This document shows, piece after piece, positions 40,329 to 49,540 of a stretch of DNA of 64,000 bases. Under the pieces are notes generated by a model that was given only the letters and a program-made list of their open reading frames with translations, was not told the origin of the DNA and did not search any database. How positions within the stretch are numbered: the first letter of the stretch is position 1; the number at the start of each line of letters is the position of its first letter. The stretch is from Bryobacterales bacterium (GTDB taxonomy: Bacteria; Acidobacteriota; Terriglobia; Bryobacterales; UBA6623): NCBI GenBank assembly GCA_963662745.2, contig CAXXUI010000002.1, positions 1,927,622 to 1,991,621 on the forward strand. Reading direction: 5' to 3'. Position numbers and translations under genes: made by a program.

Positions 40329-40892
40329 CTAGCGTCCTACCGCCTTGCGGTAGCAATGCTCCATCAAGAGGCGCCATTCCAGCATCTGCCGGTCCAGCAC
40401 GGTGTCCTGCGGCCCTCGGCCCAACGATGCGGCTTGGCATCGATCGACAAACGCCATCGGATCCCACGGTCCTCCGAGACATTGCTCGAGGGCTTCGAAG
40501 ACTGGGTGGCCACCCGTCCGCCGGAACCAGTACTTGGCGTTGCTCCAGTCACCCTCCTGCCGATGCATGATCCCATGCCAGAAGCTTCCGGACTGCGTTC
40601 CGACGCCTTGCGAAATGGTATGGGATTCGTCCAAGGCGGAGAAGTAGAGGTACAGGCCCGACTGTACGCATTTCGCGTCGTCAGAAGAGCGGATCGCGGT
40701 TCTTGGGAACAGGTCGGCGACGGCCAGCCTCCGCAGGGTGTGCAGCTGCGGGCAGGCCCTAGGACCGGAAGGGACGAGCGGCATCACGCGGAGCCGCCCG
40801 TCGTCGTTCGCGAGCAGGTCCGGCACGACGGGCCCGAGATCGAGAGCGCTCGGATCCACCATCGCTACCAACTTAGCGAGTTCGCGGCGCAC
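40329..40892 (-). CDS. conserved hypothetical protein
   Basis: It is the first gene of the overlapping minus-strand operon. The sequence is protein-like (WHGIMHRQEGDWSNAKYWFRRTGGHPVF). No family was recognised, and the start is ambiguous (GTG at 40892 or ATG at 40862). Confidence 0.55.
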   Translation of the reverse strand: MRRELAKLVAMVDPSALDLGPVVPDLLANDDGRLRVMPLVPSGPRACPQLHTLRRLAVADLFPRTAIRSSDDAKCVQSGLYLYFSALDESHTISQGVGTQSGSFWHGIMHRQEGDWSNAKYWFRRTGGHPVFEALEQCLGGPWDPMAFVDRCQAASLGRGPQDTVLDRQMLEWRLLMEHCYRKAVGR

Positions 40893-41107
40893 CGGTCAAC
40901 CGCGTGCGGGCCTGTGCGGCGCAGTCCCGCGACGGCTAGGCGCTCGCGAGGTGCTGTTTCGTCGTGATACATCAGTCGATTGGACTATAATGCGAATAAA
41001 ATGGGCAGTCACAGCAACAACAAGCGCTTGCCCCAAGGTCTCGCCACGCTGTGCGCCGTTCGCGTCGTTCGCGGCCCGACTGCGCAGCTACGCGAGGGGA
41101 GGACAGC

Positions 41108-42406
41108 GTGACGGCGGAACTCGCCATCTCGCTGGCGGCGGCGGCTCTTGGCAGCTGGCTGCTCACCTACTTGGTCTCGGTGAGGCCGGCCAAGCGCCGG
41201 GCGTCTTCCCTGCAGGAGAGGCTCACGGAGGCCGAAAGCGAAAGGAGGACTGCGGACCAGCTGCTCAAGACGCAGCAGGAGAGCTTCCAGTCCCTGCGAT
41301 CGGACTTCGAGGCGCAAATCGGCGAGAAGTTCGCCGCGGCGGCGTCCGACGCTTTGGAGCGGAATTCCAAGAGCTTCCTCGATCGGGTCACCGAGAGGTT
41401 CGACCGACATCGGGGCGAGGCCGAGGGAGACCTAGAGCGGCGTCAGAAGGAGATCGAGAGCTTGGTCCGGCCCATCGGAGAGGAGCTGGGCCGGTTCGAG
41501 AAGGCGGTGGGGGAGATCGAGAAGGCCCGCGAGAAGGCCTACGGTGCGATCACCGAGCAAGTGAAATCGCTCAGCGAAGGGCAGCGGGGGCTGCTCTCGG
41601 AGACCGGTAGGCTCGCAAAGGCGCTGAGTAGTCCTGCAGCGCGGGGCCGGTGGGGCGAGATCCAGCTGCAGCGTGTGCTGGAGATGGCCGGCCTGAGCGA
41701 GCACGTCGACTTCCGGAAGCAGCCGTCGGTGCAGAGCGACGGTGGGACGCTGCGGCCGGACGTGGTCGTGCAGCTGCCGGGAGGGAGGCGGGCCGTCATC
41801 GACGCCAAGGCTCCGCTGGACGGCTACCTGCAATCCTTCGAGGCCTCGGAATCCCAGGCCCGGGACGCCGCGCTGCAGGACCACGCCCGCCAGTTCCGGA
41901 ATCATGTCACCGCTTTGTCGTCAAAGCGATACTGGGCTCAGTTCCCCGATAGCCCGGAGTTCGTGGTCATGTTCGTGCCCGGCGAGGCCTTGTTCGACGC
42001 GGCGGCGCGGTCGGACCCGGAGGTGTTCGATCTGGCCGTCCGGAGCCGGGTCCTGATTGCGACGCCTACGACTCTGATCGCCCTCCTCAAGGCCGTCGCT
42101 TTCGGATGGCGGCAGGAGGGCTTGGCCCGGAACGCTCGCGCCGTGGCGGAGGACGCCAAGACGCTCTATGGGCGGATCAGCGTCTTCGGAAAACACATGG
42201 CGGAGCTGGGGACAGCGCTGGGGCGGGCGGTCAATCGCTACAACCGCAGCGTCGGCTCCCTTGAGTCCCGCGTGCTCCCGGCCGCCCGGAAGCTTGAGAG
42301 TGTCGCCGCACCGGTCGGCGAAGGCGGCCTGGCCGCGCCGGATCCTGTCGATGTGGGTCCGCGCACGCTCCGAGCGCCGGAGCTGAAGGCGGACGCTCCC
42401 GACTAG
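41108..42406 (+). CDS. rmuC: DNA recombination protein RmuC
   Basis: It has an N-terminal TM segment, a long coiled coil, then RGRWGEIQLQRVLEMAGL...VIDAKAPL...YWAQFP..EFVVMFVPGEA, a typical RmuC core. I prefer the GTG at 41108 preceded by GGGGAGGA. The listed GTG at 41051 is an alternative. Confidence 0.85.
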   Translation: MTAELAISLAAAALGSWLLTYLVSVRPAKRRASSLQERLTEAESERRTADQLLKTQQESFQSLRSDFEAQIGEKFAAAASDALERNSKSFLDRVTERFDRHRGEAEGDLERRQKEIESLVRPIGEELGRFEKAVGEIEKAREKAYGAITEQVKSLSEGQRGLLSETGRLAKALSSPAARGRWGEIQLQRVLEMAGLSEHVDFRKQPSVQSDGGTLRPDVVVQLPGGRRAVIDAKAPLDGYLQSFEASESQARDAALQDHARQFRNHVTALSSKRYWAQFPDSPEFVVMFVPGEALFDAAARSDPEVFDLAVRSRVLIATPTTLIALLKAVAFGWRQEGLARNARAVAEDAKTLYGRISVFGKHMAELGTALGRAVNRYNRSVGSLESRVLPAARKLESVAAPVGEGGLAAPDPVDVGPRTLRAPELKADAPD

Positions 42407-42481
42407 CGGTGAGCGGTCTTGGGACAGTCGGCTCGCTGCCCCTGCTGGCGCTATCGGGCGCCCGGCTGATTGGCCGCCCCG

Positions 42482-43747
42482 TCACGGCACGCTCGGTATG
42501 CCGGCGTCCGGCGCGGACGGCAGGATCGTGAACGCGACCAACGCCGCCGACAGCACGATCATGAGGACTACGGAGACCCACGCGATGAGGTTGTAGAGCG
42601 GGCCGTTCGTCCAGCCGTGCATTAGGTCACGGCGATTGACGAGGCGGAGCACGAAGATCATCACCACCGGCAGCAGGATTCCGTTCAGCACTTGGGACAG
42701 CAGGATCATTGGCACGATCGGGAAGGCGGGCACCAGCACTACTCCGGCTCCCACCACGATCAGTGCTGTGTACATCCCGTAGAACGTGGGAGCCTCGTCG
42801 AAGTCGTGATCCACGCCCGACTCGAGGCCCAGTCCCTCGCAGACGGTGTAGGCGGTCGAGAGCGGGAGGATGCTGGCCGCGAACATTGAGGAAGCCAGCA
42901 GCCCGCCGGCGAACAGCGCGTAGGCGTACGGCCCCAGCGGGCGCAGGGCCTCGGCGGCCTCGGCCGCGCTCTCGATCGGGCGTGGGCCGCCCTCCCAGAT
43001 CGCGCCCGCGCAGGCGACGATGATGAAGAACGCGACCACCGACATGAGGACGCATCCGAGCACCACCTCGAGCCGGGTGTCCTGGTACCGCGTGCTGTCA
43101 ATGCCCTTCTCCACGATCGCGGCTTGGAGGTAGAACTGCATCCACGGCGCCACGGAGGTGCCCACCATGCCCACCATCACGGCCATGTAGCTGCGGTCCG
43201 CCACCAGTGCGGGGCGGACGGCGCTGCGGAGCGCCAAGTCCCAATCCGGCTCGACCAGCACGGCCGAGACGATGTAGGCGACATAGAAGCCGCTCGCGGC
43301 TAGGAAGACCTTCTCGACGCTCTGGTAGGTGCCCTTGACCACCAGCAGCCATACAACTAAGGCTCCGAGAGGCACCGAGACGTAGCGGCTGACGGGCAGC
43401 AGCTCCATGGCGCCAGCGATCCCGGCAAAGTTGGCGGCGATGTTCGTGAAGTTGACCGCCAGCAGCAGCAGCATGACCAGCACCGTGGTCCGCAGCCCAA
43501 ACTCCTCGCGGATGAGGTCCGACAGACCCTTCCCGGTCACCGCTCCCATGCGCGAGCACATCTCTTGGTTGACGATCAGCAGCACAGTGATCGGGATCAA
43601 AGTCCAGAGCGGCACATAGCCCCAACGGGCTCCGGCTTCCGAGTAGGTGAAGATGCCGCCGGCGTCGTTGTCAACCATGGCAGTGATGAAACCCGGGCCG
43701 AGGACTCCTAGGAAGGTCAGGATCCGGCCCCGGACGCGCCGCAGCAT
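42482..43747 (-). CDS. Nramp-family transporter with NRMT-like (non-Mn/Fe) metal-site substitutions
   Basis: The Nramp fold is indicated by GPGFITAMVDNDAGGIFTYS. DAGG replaces the canonical DPGN, and GTSVAPW replaces the canonical GA.VMPH. The ATG lies 6 nt after the upstream gene's stop. Confidence 0.85.
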   Translation of the reverse strand: MLRRVRGRILTFLGVLGPGFITAMVDNDAGGIFTYSEAGARWGYVPLWTLIPITVLLIVNQEMCSRMGAVTGKGLSDLIREEFGLRTTVLVMLLLLAVNFTNIAANFAGIAGAMELLPVSRYVSVPLGALVVWLLVVKGTYQSVEKVFLAASGFYVAYIVSAVLVEPDWDLALRSAVRPALVADRSYMAVMVGMVGTSVAPWMQFYLQAAIVEKGIDSTRYQDTRLEVVLGCVLMSVVAFFIIVACAGAIWEGGPRPIESAAEAAEALRPLGPYAYALFAGGLLASSMFAASILPLSTAYTVCEGLGLESGVDHDFDEAPTFYGMYTALIVVGAGVVLVPAFPIVPMILLSQVLNGILLPVVMIFVLRLVNRRDLMHGWTNGPLYNLIAWVSVVLMIVLSAALVAFTILPSAPDAGIPSVP

Positions 43748-43753
43748 GGGAGC

Positions 43754-45031
43754 CTAGAGACCCCTCTCGATGGCGGGCTTGAGGTAGGTGATCACGTCAT
43801 CGGCGGTGATCACGCCGTGGATGCGGTCGTCGCCGTCCACCACTGGCAGAGCGTACAGGTTGTACTTGTCGAACAGATCGATGACATCGTCGGCGGGCTC
43901 ATTGATGGGCACGCTGTGCGTCTTGCGGTAGGTCAGCCGCCGCAGCGGGGTGTCCCGGCCGGCGATGGCCAGCCGGCCCAGCGGCAGGGCCCCTGAGAGA
44001 CGCGACGAGCCGTCCACCAAGAATCCGTGCGTAGAGCGCTTCACCAGCGCGTCTTCGTCGCCCAGCCGCTCGACCGCCCGCTCGACAGTCCAGTCTTCGG
44101 GAAACGAGAAGAAGCGGGTGCCCATCATCCCTCCGGCCGTGTTGTCGCGGAGCCCGAGCAGCTGCGAGACCTCGCCCGCCGGTTCGCGCTCCATGTCCCG
44201 CACGATGTCCTCGCGAGCGTGCCGCTGGAGGCTGGCCAGCGCATCGGCGGCCTCCCCCGGATCCATCTCCTCCAAGATGTCGGCGGCGCGGTCCGGGTCC
44301 AGCGAGTGCAGGATCGAGGCTTTGAAAGTGGGCTTGACCTCCTCCAGCGTGTCCGCCGCGACTCCTTCGTCCAAGGTTTCGAACAGCGCCTCCCGCTCGT
44401 CGCTGCCGAGCTCTTCCACGATGTCCGCCAGATCGGCTGGATGGATGCTCTCCAGGCGCTCGTGCGAGATGCGCAGCCGCAGGCGCCGCTGCGGGTCCGG
44501 TTCGACGATGTTGCAAGCCCGCCACGGAATTGAGTTCGGCGGGATCTTCTGCTGGATCTGGCGGATCACGCGGTTGGGCAGCAGGCCTTCGGCCAGCCTC
44601 CGGAACGCACCCTGCAGCCCGACTCCGACCTCGTCGACCCACAACTGCTCGTTGCCGTTGGATCGAACGCGCAGCGCCAAGTCGTTCACGCGGACCACCT
44701 TGCGGCCGTTCACGTCGATGATCTGCTGGTCCAGCAGGTCTTTGGTGAGCAGCAGGTGGTAGTCGTTGTCGTAGTAGGGCGAGAAGATCTCGTCGGAGAG
44801 CTGAATGCCGTCGTCGGAGAAGGCGAGTACCTGATCCCAGCGGACGGCGAACCTCGTGTGGCCGGTACCGAACAGGAAGCGCGCTACGCGCCGGGCGTGC
44901 TCCCTAGGGACGACGGCGGCCTCGCGCACCCGCCCGATGCGCGCTCCGTTGGGGCCGATCAGCCGCATGCCCGTCAGCTCTGTCAAGTAGACGAGCTTCG
45001 CCGAGTCTGTCTGTGCCCTCTCCATGGCCAT
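43754..45031 (-). CDS. soluble MgtE-N-domain + CBS-pair protein (PRC-barrel-like N-terminus), no membrane domain
   Basis: It has an MgtE_N-like acidic helical repeat (PADLADIVEELGSDEREALFETLD...AADILEEMDPGEAADALASL) followed by two CBS-like motifs (...ALPVVDGDDRIHGVITADDV). I prefer the ATG at 45029-45031. The listed TTG at 45115 is an alternative. Confidence 0.8.
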   Translation of the reverse strand: MAMERAQTDSAKLVYLTELTGMRLIGPNGARIGRVREAAVVPREHARRVARFLFGTGHTRFAVRWDQVLAFSDDGIQLSDEIFSPYYDNDYHLLLTKDLLDQQIIDVNGRKVVRVNDLALRVRSNGNEQLWVDEVGVGLQGAFRRLAEGLLPNRVIRQIQQKIPPNSIPWRACNIVEPDPQRRLRLRISHERLESIHPADLADIVEELGSDEREALFETLDEGVAADTLEEVKPTFKASILHSLDPDRAADILEEMDPGEAADALASLQRHAREDIVRDMEREPAGEVSQLLGLRDNTAGGMMGTRFFSFPEDWTVERAVERLGDEDALVKRSTHGFLVDGSSRLSGALPLGRLAIAGRDTPLRRLTYRKTHSVPINEPADDVIDLFDKYNLYALPVVDGDDRIHGVITADDVITYLKPAIERGL

Positions 45032-45141
45032 CCAGCCGCCCGGGCGCTCTTGTCCGTGGTCCGGCCAAGCTCCAAGGCGGTCTCGCTCTGCCGCAGCGAC
45101 TTCCAGGGTCGTCAAGCATCGTTGACGAGGGGTCTCCCTCT

Positions 45142-46431
45142 CTATCCATGATGCCCCAGACGGCGGACGGGCGCAAGCGGCGCCGGGCCCGGCCGCGAGG
45201 CCTCGATGCGCAGCAGGCGGTTGTATTTCGCCAGTCTTTCGGAGCGGGTGACGGAGCCGACCTTGATGTGACCCGCGCCGCTTGCCACGGTCAAGTCGGC
45301 GAGAAAGGAGTCTTCGGTTTCCCCCGACCGCGCCGACACCACGCTGGCGAAGCCTGCCGACTCGGCCTCGTCCACCACCTGCAGCGTCTCCGTGAGCGTG
45401 CCGATCTGATTCATCTTGACCAGCACGGCGTTGGCGGCGCGCCGCCGGATCGCCCGCCTCAGCCGGCGTGGGTTGGTGCAGAGCAGGTCGTCGCCGACTA
45501 GGGCGACGCGCTCCCCGAGGGCGGCGCAGGCCGTTCGCCAGCCCTCCCAGTCGTCCTCCGCCAAGGGGTCCTCAATCGAGACGATCGGGTAGTCCCGCAC
45601 CCATCGGTCGTAGAGGGAGACCATGGCGTCCGAGTCGAGCGAGCGCCCTTCGCTGCGCAGCCGGTAGGCCCCATCGAGGAAGAAGTGCGTCGCTGCCGCG
45701 TCGATCGCGATCGAGACTTGGGTGCCTGGGCGGAAGCCGGCGGCCTCGATGGCTTGGACCATGTACTCGAGGGCGCTCTCGTTGGACGGCAGGCGCGGGC
45801 CCCAACCGCCTTCATCCGCCACTCCGTCAGGAGCGACGCCGTCGTGTTGAAGGATGTCCAGCATGCGGCGGTGGACGGTTGCCGCCGCCTCAAGCGCGGC
45901 GGCGAACGTGGCGAATCCGTGCGGCACGGCCAGGAAGTCCTGAAACTCGATCTGCCGCCCGGCGTGCAGGCCGCCGGACAGGATGTTCACCATCGGGAGT
46001 GGGATCTTGGCCCGTCTGCCGCCGCACAGCGCCTGCCAGAGCGGGAGGCCCGCCTGCTTGGCCCGGGCGCGAGCGATGGCGCAGGAAAGGCCCAGAATCG
46101 CGTTGGCGCCCAGCCTCGACTTGTCGGGAGTGCCGTCCAGCTCGATCATGAGGTTGTCAGCAAGCTGCTGGTCGGTGGCCGGAACGCCCCGCAGCGCGGC
46201 GGCCAAGGGCCCGTTCACGTTGGCCACGGCCCGGCTGACAGCTGTGCCGTCGTAGCCGCCGCCGGCCCCGTCGCGCAGTTCCTTGGCCTCGTGCCGTCCG
46301 GTCGACGCACCGGAGGGCACTTGAGCCGTGGCGGAAGTGCCGTCAGCCAGCGCCACGCCAGCCTCCAGTGTCGGATTCCCGCGGGAATCGAGGATCTGCA
46401 TCGCCCAAGCTCGCTGGATGGCGACGCTCAC
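45142..46431 (-). CDS. eno: enolase (phosphopyruvate hydratase)
   Basis: It has ILDSRGNPTLEAGVALADGTSATAQVPSGASTGRHEAKELRDG and a later SGETEDSFLADLTVA motif. It has a GTG start. Confidence 0.93.
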   Translation of the reverse strand: MSVAIQRAWAMQILDSRGNPTLEAGVALADGTSATAQVPSGASTGRHEAKELRDGAGGGYDGTAVSRAVANVNGPLAAALRGVPATDQQLADNLMIELDGTPDKSRLGANAILGLSCAIARARAKQAGLPLWQALCGGRRAKIPLPMVNILSGGLHAGRQIEFQDFLAVPHGFATFAAALEAAATVHRRMLDILQHDGVAPDGVADEGGWGPRLPSNESALEYMVQAIEAAGFRPGTQVSIAIDAAATHFFLDGAYRLRSEGRSLDSDAMVSLYDRWVRDYPIVSIEDPLAEDDWEGWRTACAALGERVALVGDDLLCTNPRRLRRAIRRRAANAVLVKMNQIGTLTETLQVVDEAESAGFASVVSARSGETEDSFLADLTVASGAGHIKVGSVTRSERLAKYNRLLRIEASRPGPAPLAPVRRLGHHG

Positions 46432-46474
46432 GGACCCAGCCTAGCAGCCGCCGGGCGTTTGGAGTCTGGGCCGG

Positions 46475-46647
46475 CTAGCGCTAGATCGTAGTTAACTCAT
46501 TCCTGTAGCTGCGAGTTGAACTTGGCCTAGCCGAATCTGTGAGAGGCCCCGGGGCTCTGGACCAAGTCTGGAAAATGACCGCAGCGGTGCGGACGGGTTA
46601 GTGGCCAGCGGCGTCTTAGGCGTGCTCTAGCCCGCCGTCTGCGGGGG
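46475..46647. repeat. left terminal inverted repeat of the IS
   Basis: My manual alignment with the reverse complement of 49348-49520 gives 10 mismatches in the first 156 nt, no indels, and 2 mismatches in the next 17 nt. Confidence 0.9.
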
Positions 46648-46700
46648 CTAGCGCTGACTCGCACTTGACACCGGGGGGTTGGATCGTATAGAAGAGTGGT

Positions 46701-49130
46701 GTGCGGGTTGGGCTGCGCATGCTGAAGCCGGCCACGGTGGAGTGGTTGCGCCGGGCACTGTCGAAGGGCACGTTGACGCGTGCCCAGGTGGCACGGGGAC
46801 TGTGTCGGCAAGACGGCTGGCGGAACGCCCGCGGGAGGCTGTGTGCGGCTTCGGCGCGCAAGGGCCTGCCAGCGCTGGCGGCGGAGCTGGGGCTGCCCAT
46901 GCCGCCGGTGCTGCGCCGGACGGGGGGCTGCCGGCGGCGCTCGCGGCGCCGGGCGCGGCGCAGCGTCCCGCCGCTGCGGCTGCAGTGCTCGCTGCCGGAG
47001 CTGGGAGAGGTCAGCCTGCGCCTGGCCGACACGGCCCAGCTGCGGCGGCAGTACGGGGATCTGCTGACGGCGGAACATCCGCTGGGGCGCGGGCGGGCAC
47101 CGGGCTGCCGGCTGGTGTACGGCATCCGGGCCGGGGGCCGGGAGCTGGGAGTGGTCAGCTTCGTGGCCGCGCCGATGCGCTTGGGTCCGCGCGACCAGCA
47201 TCTGGGCTGGGACGAGCGCACCCGCCGCCGGAACCTGCCCCGGCTGGTCTCCAACGACCGTTTCCTGGTGCGGCCCGGCGTGGTGGTCCACAACCTCGCC
47301 AGCCACGTGCTGGGCCTGGCGCTGCGGCGCTTGAGCAGCGACTGGGAGCGGCTGCACGGCAGCGCCCCGGTGGCGGTGGAGACCTGCGTCGAGCAGCGGC
47401 GACGGGCAACTTGCTACCAGGCGGCGGGCTTTGAGCGCCTGGGGGAGACGGAGGGCCTGCCGTGGGGCGCCCAGCAGCCCACGCGGGCGCAGCGCGCGCA
47501 GCCGGACTTCCGCGAGCCGGAGCGCCATCCCAAGCAGGTCTGGGTCAAGCCGCTGGTGCCCGATTGGGAGCGTGTGCTGCGGGAGAAGGCGCGGCTGGTG
47601 CTGGGTAGCTTCCCGCGGCTGGACTTCGACAGCGAGGAGGCGCACTGGTCGGCGCGCGAGTTCGAGCGCTCGGACCTGCCGGACCGGCGCCTGCGGGAGC
47701 GGCTCAAGGCCATGGGCGGGGCCTGGGAGCAGCGCCCGGGCGAGTGCCTGCCGGCCATCTTCCCGCGCGGCAAGGACCAGCAGGCCGCCTACCGCTTCCT
47801 GCGCAATGAGAGGGTTTCCATGCAGCACATTCTGGCGCCGCACCGGGAGGCCATGGTGGACCGCTGCCAGCTGCTGGCGGGCACCGTGCTGCTGGTGCAG
47901 GACACGACCACGCTGAACTACACCGGGCTGGGCGAGTGCACCAGCGGCCTGGGGCCGCTCAAGAAGCGCAGCGAGAGTGCGCGCGGGCTGCACGTGCATG
48001 CCTCGGTGGCCTACACGGAGGGCCGCCGGCCGCTGGGGGTGAGCGACTTGGAAGTCTGGGCCCGGCCGCTGGAGGAGCCGCCGGACGAGTGCGAGCGGGA
48101 GAGCCAGCGCTGGTTGCGGGGGCTGCGGCAGGGTTTCGAGCTGAGCCGGGCCTGCCCGGGCCAGCGCATCGTGGTGGCGGGCGACCGCGAGAGCGACATC
48201 TACGCGCTGTTCCGGGAGCGGGAGCAGCGCGAGCAGGCCGGCGAAGAGGACGTGGAGCTGCTGGTGCGCGTGCACCTGGGCCGGCAGCGCAAGGTCAAGG
48301 TGTGGGACCCGAGCCTGCGGTCGCTGATGCTGCGCTCGATCCCCATGCAGGCCGACTTCCAGCAGCGGGTGCGCTTCCGGCGCACCTTCCGGCTGAGCTC
48401 GCAGGGTGGGCAGCGGGCCCGCCAGCGGCGCAAGGTGAAGACCCAGGTGAGCATCGGGCCGGTCGAGCTGCAGCCGCCGGAGGCGTGCCGTCAGCGGGGC
48501 GAAGCGGGTGTGGAGGCCTGGCTGGTGCATGTCGAGCAGATCGATACGCGGCCGGGGGAGGATCCGCTGGAGTGGTTCCTGCTGAGCACGGCGGGCGGGT
48601 TGAGCAAGCGCTGGGCGAAGCGCATCGTGGGCTGGTATGAAGCCAGGTGGTCGATAGAAGAGCTGTTCAAAGTTTTGAAAAGTGGTGCGCGCATCCAGGA
48701 CCGCCGCCTGCGCACGGTCGCTGCGCTGGGCAAGTGCCTGGCGTTCGACGCCGTCACGGCCTGGCAGGTCTGCTCGCTGGCGCGCTACGCGCGCGACGCG
48801 CCGCAGACGCCGGTGGACGCCGTGTTGACCTGGGCCGAGATCACGGCGTTGTGGATCCACGTGCAGGCACAGGAGCTGTGGCGGCCGAGCGAGCGGGGGC
48901 GCGCGCCACCGCGCGACATCCGGACTTGGGTGGTGTGGCTGGCGATGACGTCCGGCTTCCGGCCCTCGAAGCGCCGGCCCCTGCCGGGCAACGCCGTGCT
49001 CTGGCGGGCCTGCGTCGTGTTGGGGCACTGGGTGCAGCACCAGCAGGCCCAGCCGGGGCTCATGCCGAGCCAGCCCGTCTTCGCGGAGCCGCCGCACGCA
49101 GCCGGGCCGCAGGCCAGCGAGTCTCCGTAG
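46701..49130 (+). CDS. IS4-family DDE transposase (Tn5-like) with DUF4338-like N-terminal domain
   Basis: The C-terminal two-thirds has VLLVQDTTTLNY (D), IVVAGDRESDIY (D) and WYEARWSIEELFKVLKSG (the Y-(2)-R-(3)-E-(6)-K-type IS4 signature). The N-terminal ~330 aa contains LGPRDQHLGWDERTRRRNLPRLVSNDRFLV...NLASHVLGLALRRLSSDWERLHG...VETCVE...ATCYQAAGFERLGETEG, which I recall as DUF4338-like. It starts at GTG 46701 or ATG 46719. Confidence 0.9.
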   Translation: MRVGLRMLKPATVEWLRRALSKGTLTRAQVARGLCRQDGWRNARGRLCAASARKGLPALAAELGLPMPPVLRRTGGCRRRSRRRARRSVPPLRLQCSLPELGEVSLRLADTAQLRRQYGDLLTAEHPLGRGRAPGCRLVYGIRAGGRELGVVSFVAAPMRLGPRDQHLGWDERTRRRNLPRLVSNDRFLVRPGVVVHNLASHVLGLALRRLSSDWERLHGSAPVAVETCVEQRRRATCYQAAGFERLGETEGLPWGAQQPTRAQRAQPDFREPERHPKQVWVKPLVPDWERVLREKARLVLGSFPRLDFDSEEAHWSAREFERSDLPDRRLRERLKAMGGAWEQRPGECLPAIFPRGKDQQAAYRFLRNERVSMQHILAPHREAMVDRCQLLAGTVLLVQDTTTLNYTGLGECTSGLGPLKKRSESARGLHVHASVAYTEGRRPLGVSDLEVWARPLEEPPDECERESQRWLRGLRQGFELSRACPGQRIVVAGDRESDIYALFREREQREQAGEEDVELLVRVHLGRQRKVKVWDPSLRSLMLRSIPMQADFQQRVRFRRTFRLSSQGGQRARQRRKVKTQVSIGPVELQPPEACRQRGEAGVEAWLVHVEQIDTRPGEDPLEWFLLSTAGGLSKRWAKRIVGWYEARWSIEELFKVLKSGARIQDRRLRTVAALGKCLAFDAVTAWQVCSLARYARDAPQTPVDAVLTWAEITALWIHVQAQELWRPSERGRAPPRDIRTWVVWLAMTSGFRPSKRRPLPGNAVLWRACVVLGHWVQHQQAQPGLMPSQPVFAEPPHAAGPQASESP

Positions 49131-49347
49131 CGCCCCGCCGGAGAGCTCGGGCCCGGCGCGACAGCTCGCGGCTCACCACTGGGCCCCTCAGCGGGGGGCC
49201 CAGCCCGGAGCCCGTGCGTCTGCAGCCGCTGCGGGGTGGGCCAGTCTGCTGGCTGAACCCCGCACCGCCCCTTGGCGGGGGGGCAGTCGCCGGCCAGGGG
49301 AGGCGCTGGCGCCCCAGCGACAGCGGCCGCCCACTTTCCCGTCCCAT

Positions 49348-49520
49348 CCCCCGCACACGGCGGCCTAGAGCACGCCTAAGACGCCGCTGGCCACTAACCA
49401 GTCCGCACCACTGCGGCCATCCTCCAGACTTGGCCCAGCGCCCCGAGGCCTCTCACAGATTCGGCTAGACCAAGTTCAACTCGCAGCTGCAGGAATGAGT
49501 TAACTACGATCTAGCGCTAG
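49348..49520. repeat. right terminal inverted repeat of the IS
   Basis: This is the reverse-complement partner of 46475-46647 (see the left IR). Confidence 0.9.
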
Positions 49521-49540
49521 CTGGGCCGGTATGCACTACT

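Larger units (their letters stand above)
46475..49520 (+). mobile_element. IS4-family (Tn5/IS50-like) insertion sequence, apparently intact
   Basis: The termini are perfectly inverted for the first 31 nt (CTAGCGCTAGATCGTAGTTAACTCATTCCTG...). IRs of 173 bp flank one long transposase ORF. A 9-bp direct repeat CTGGGCCGG lies at 46466-46474 and 49521-49529, matching the 9-bp duplication known for Tn5/IS50-type elements. Confidence 0.9.

Noticed and set aside
46527-49097. 856-aa ORF on the minus strand spanning the whole IS
   Set aside because: It is antisense to the transposase, which carries clear DDE/YREK and DUF4338-like motifs. Its product is an Arg/Pro/Ala/Leu/Gln-rich, low-information sequence, the classic high-GC shadow ORF.
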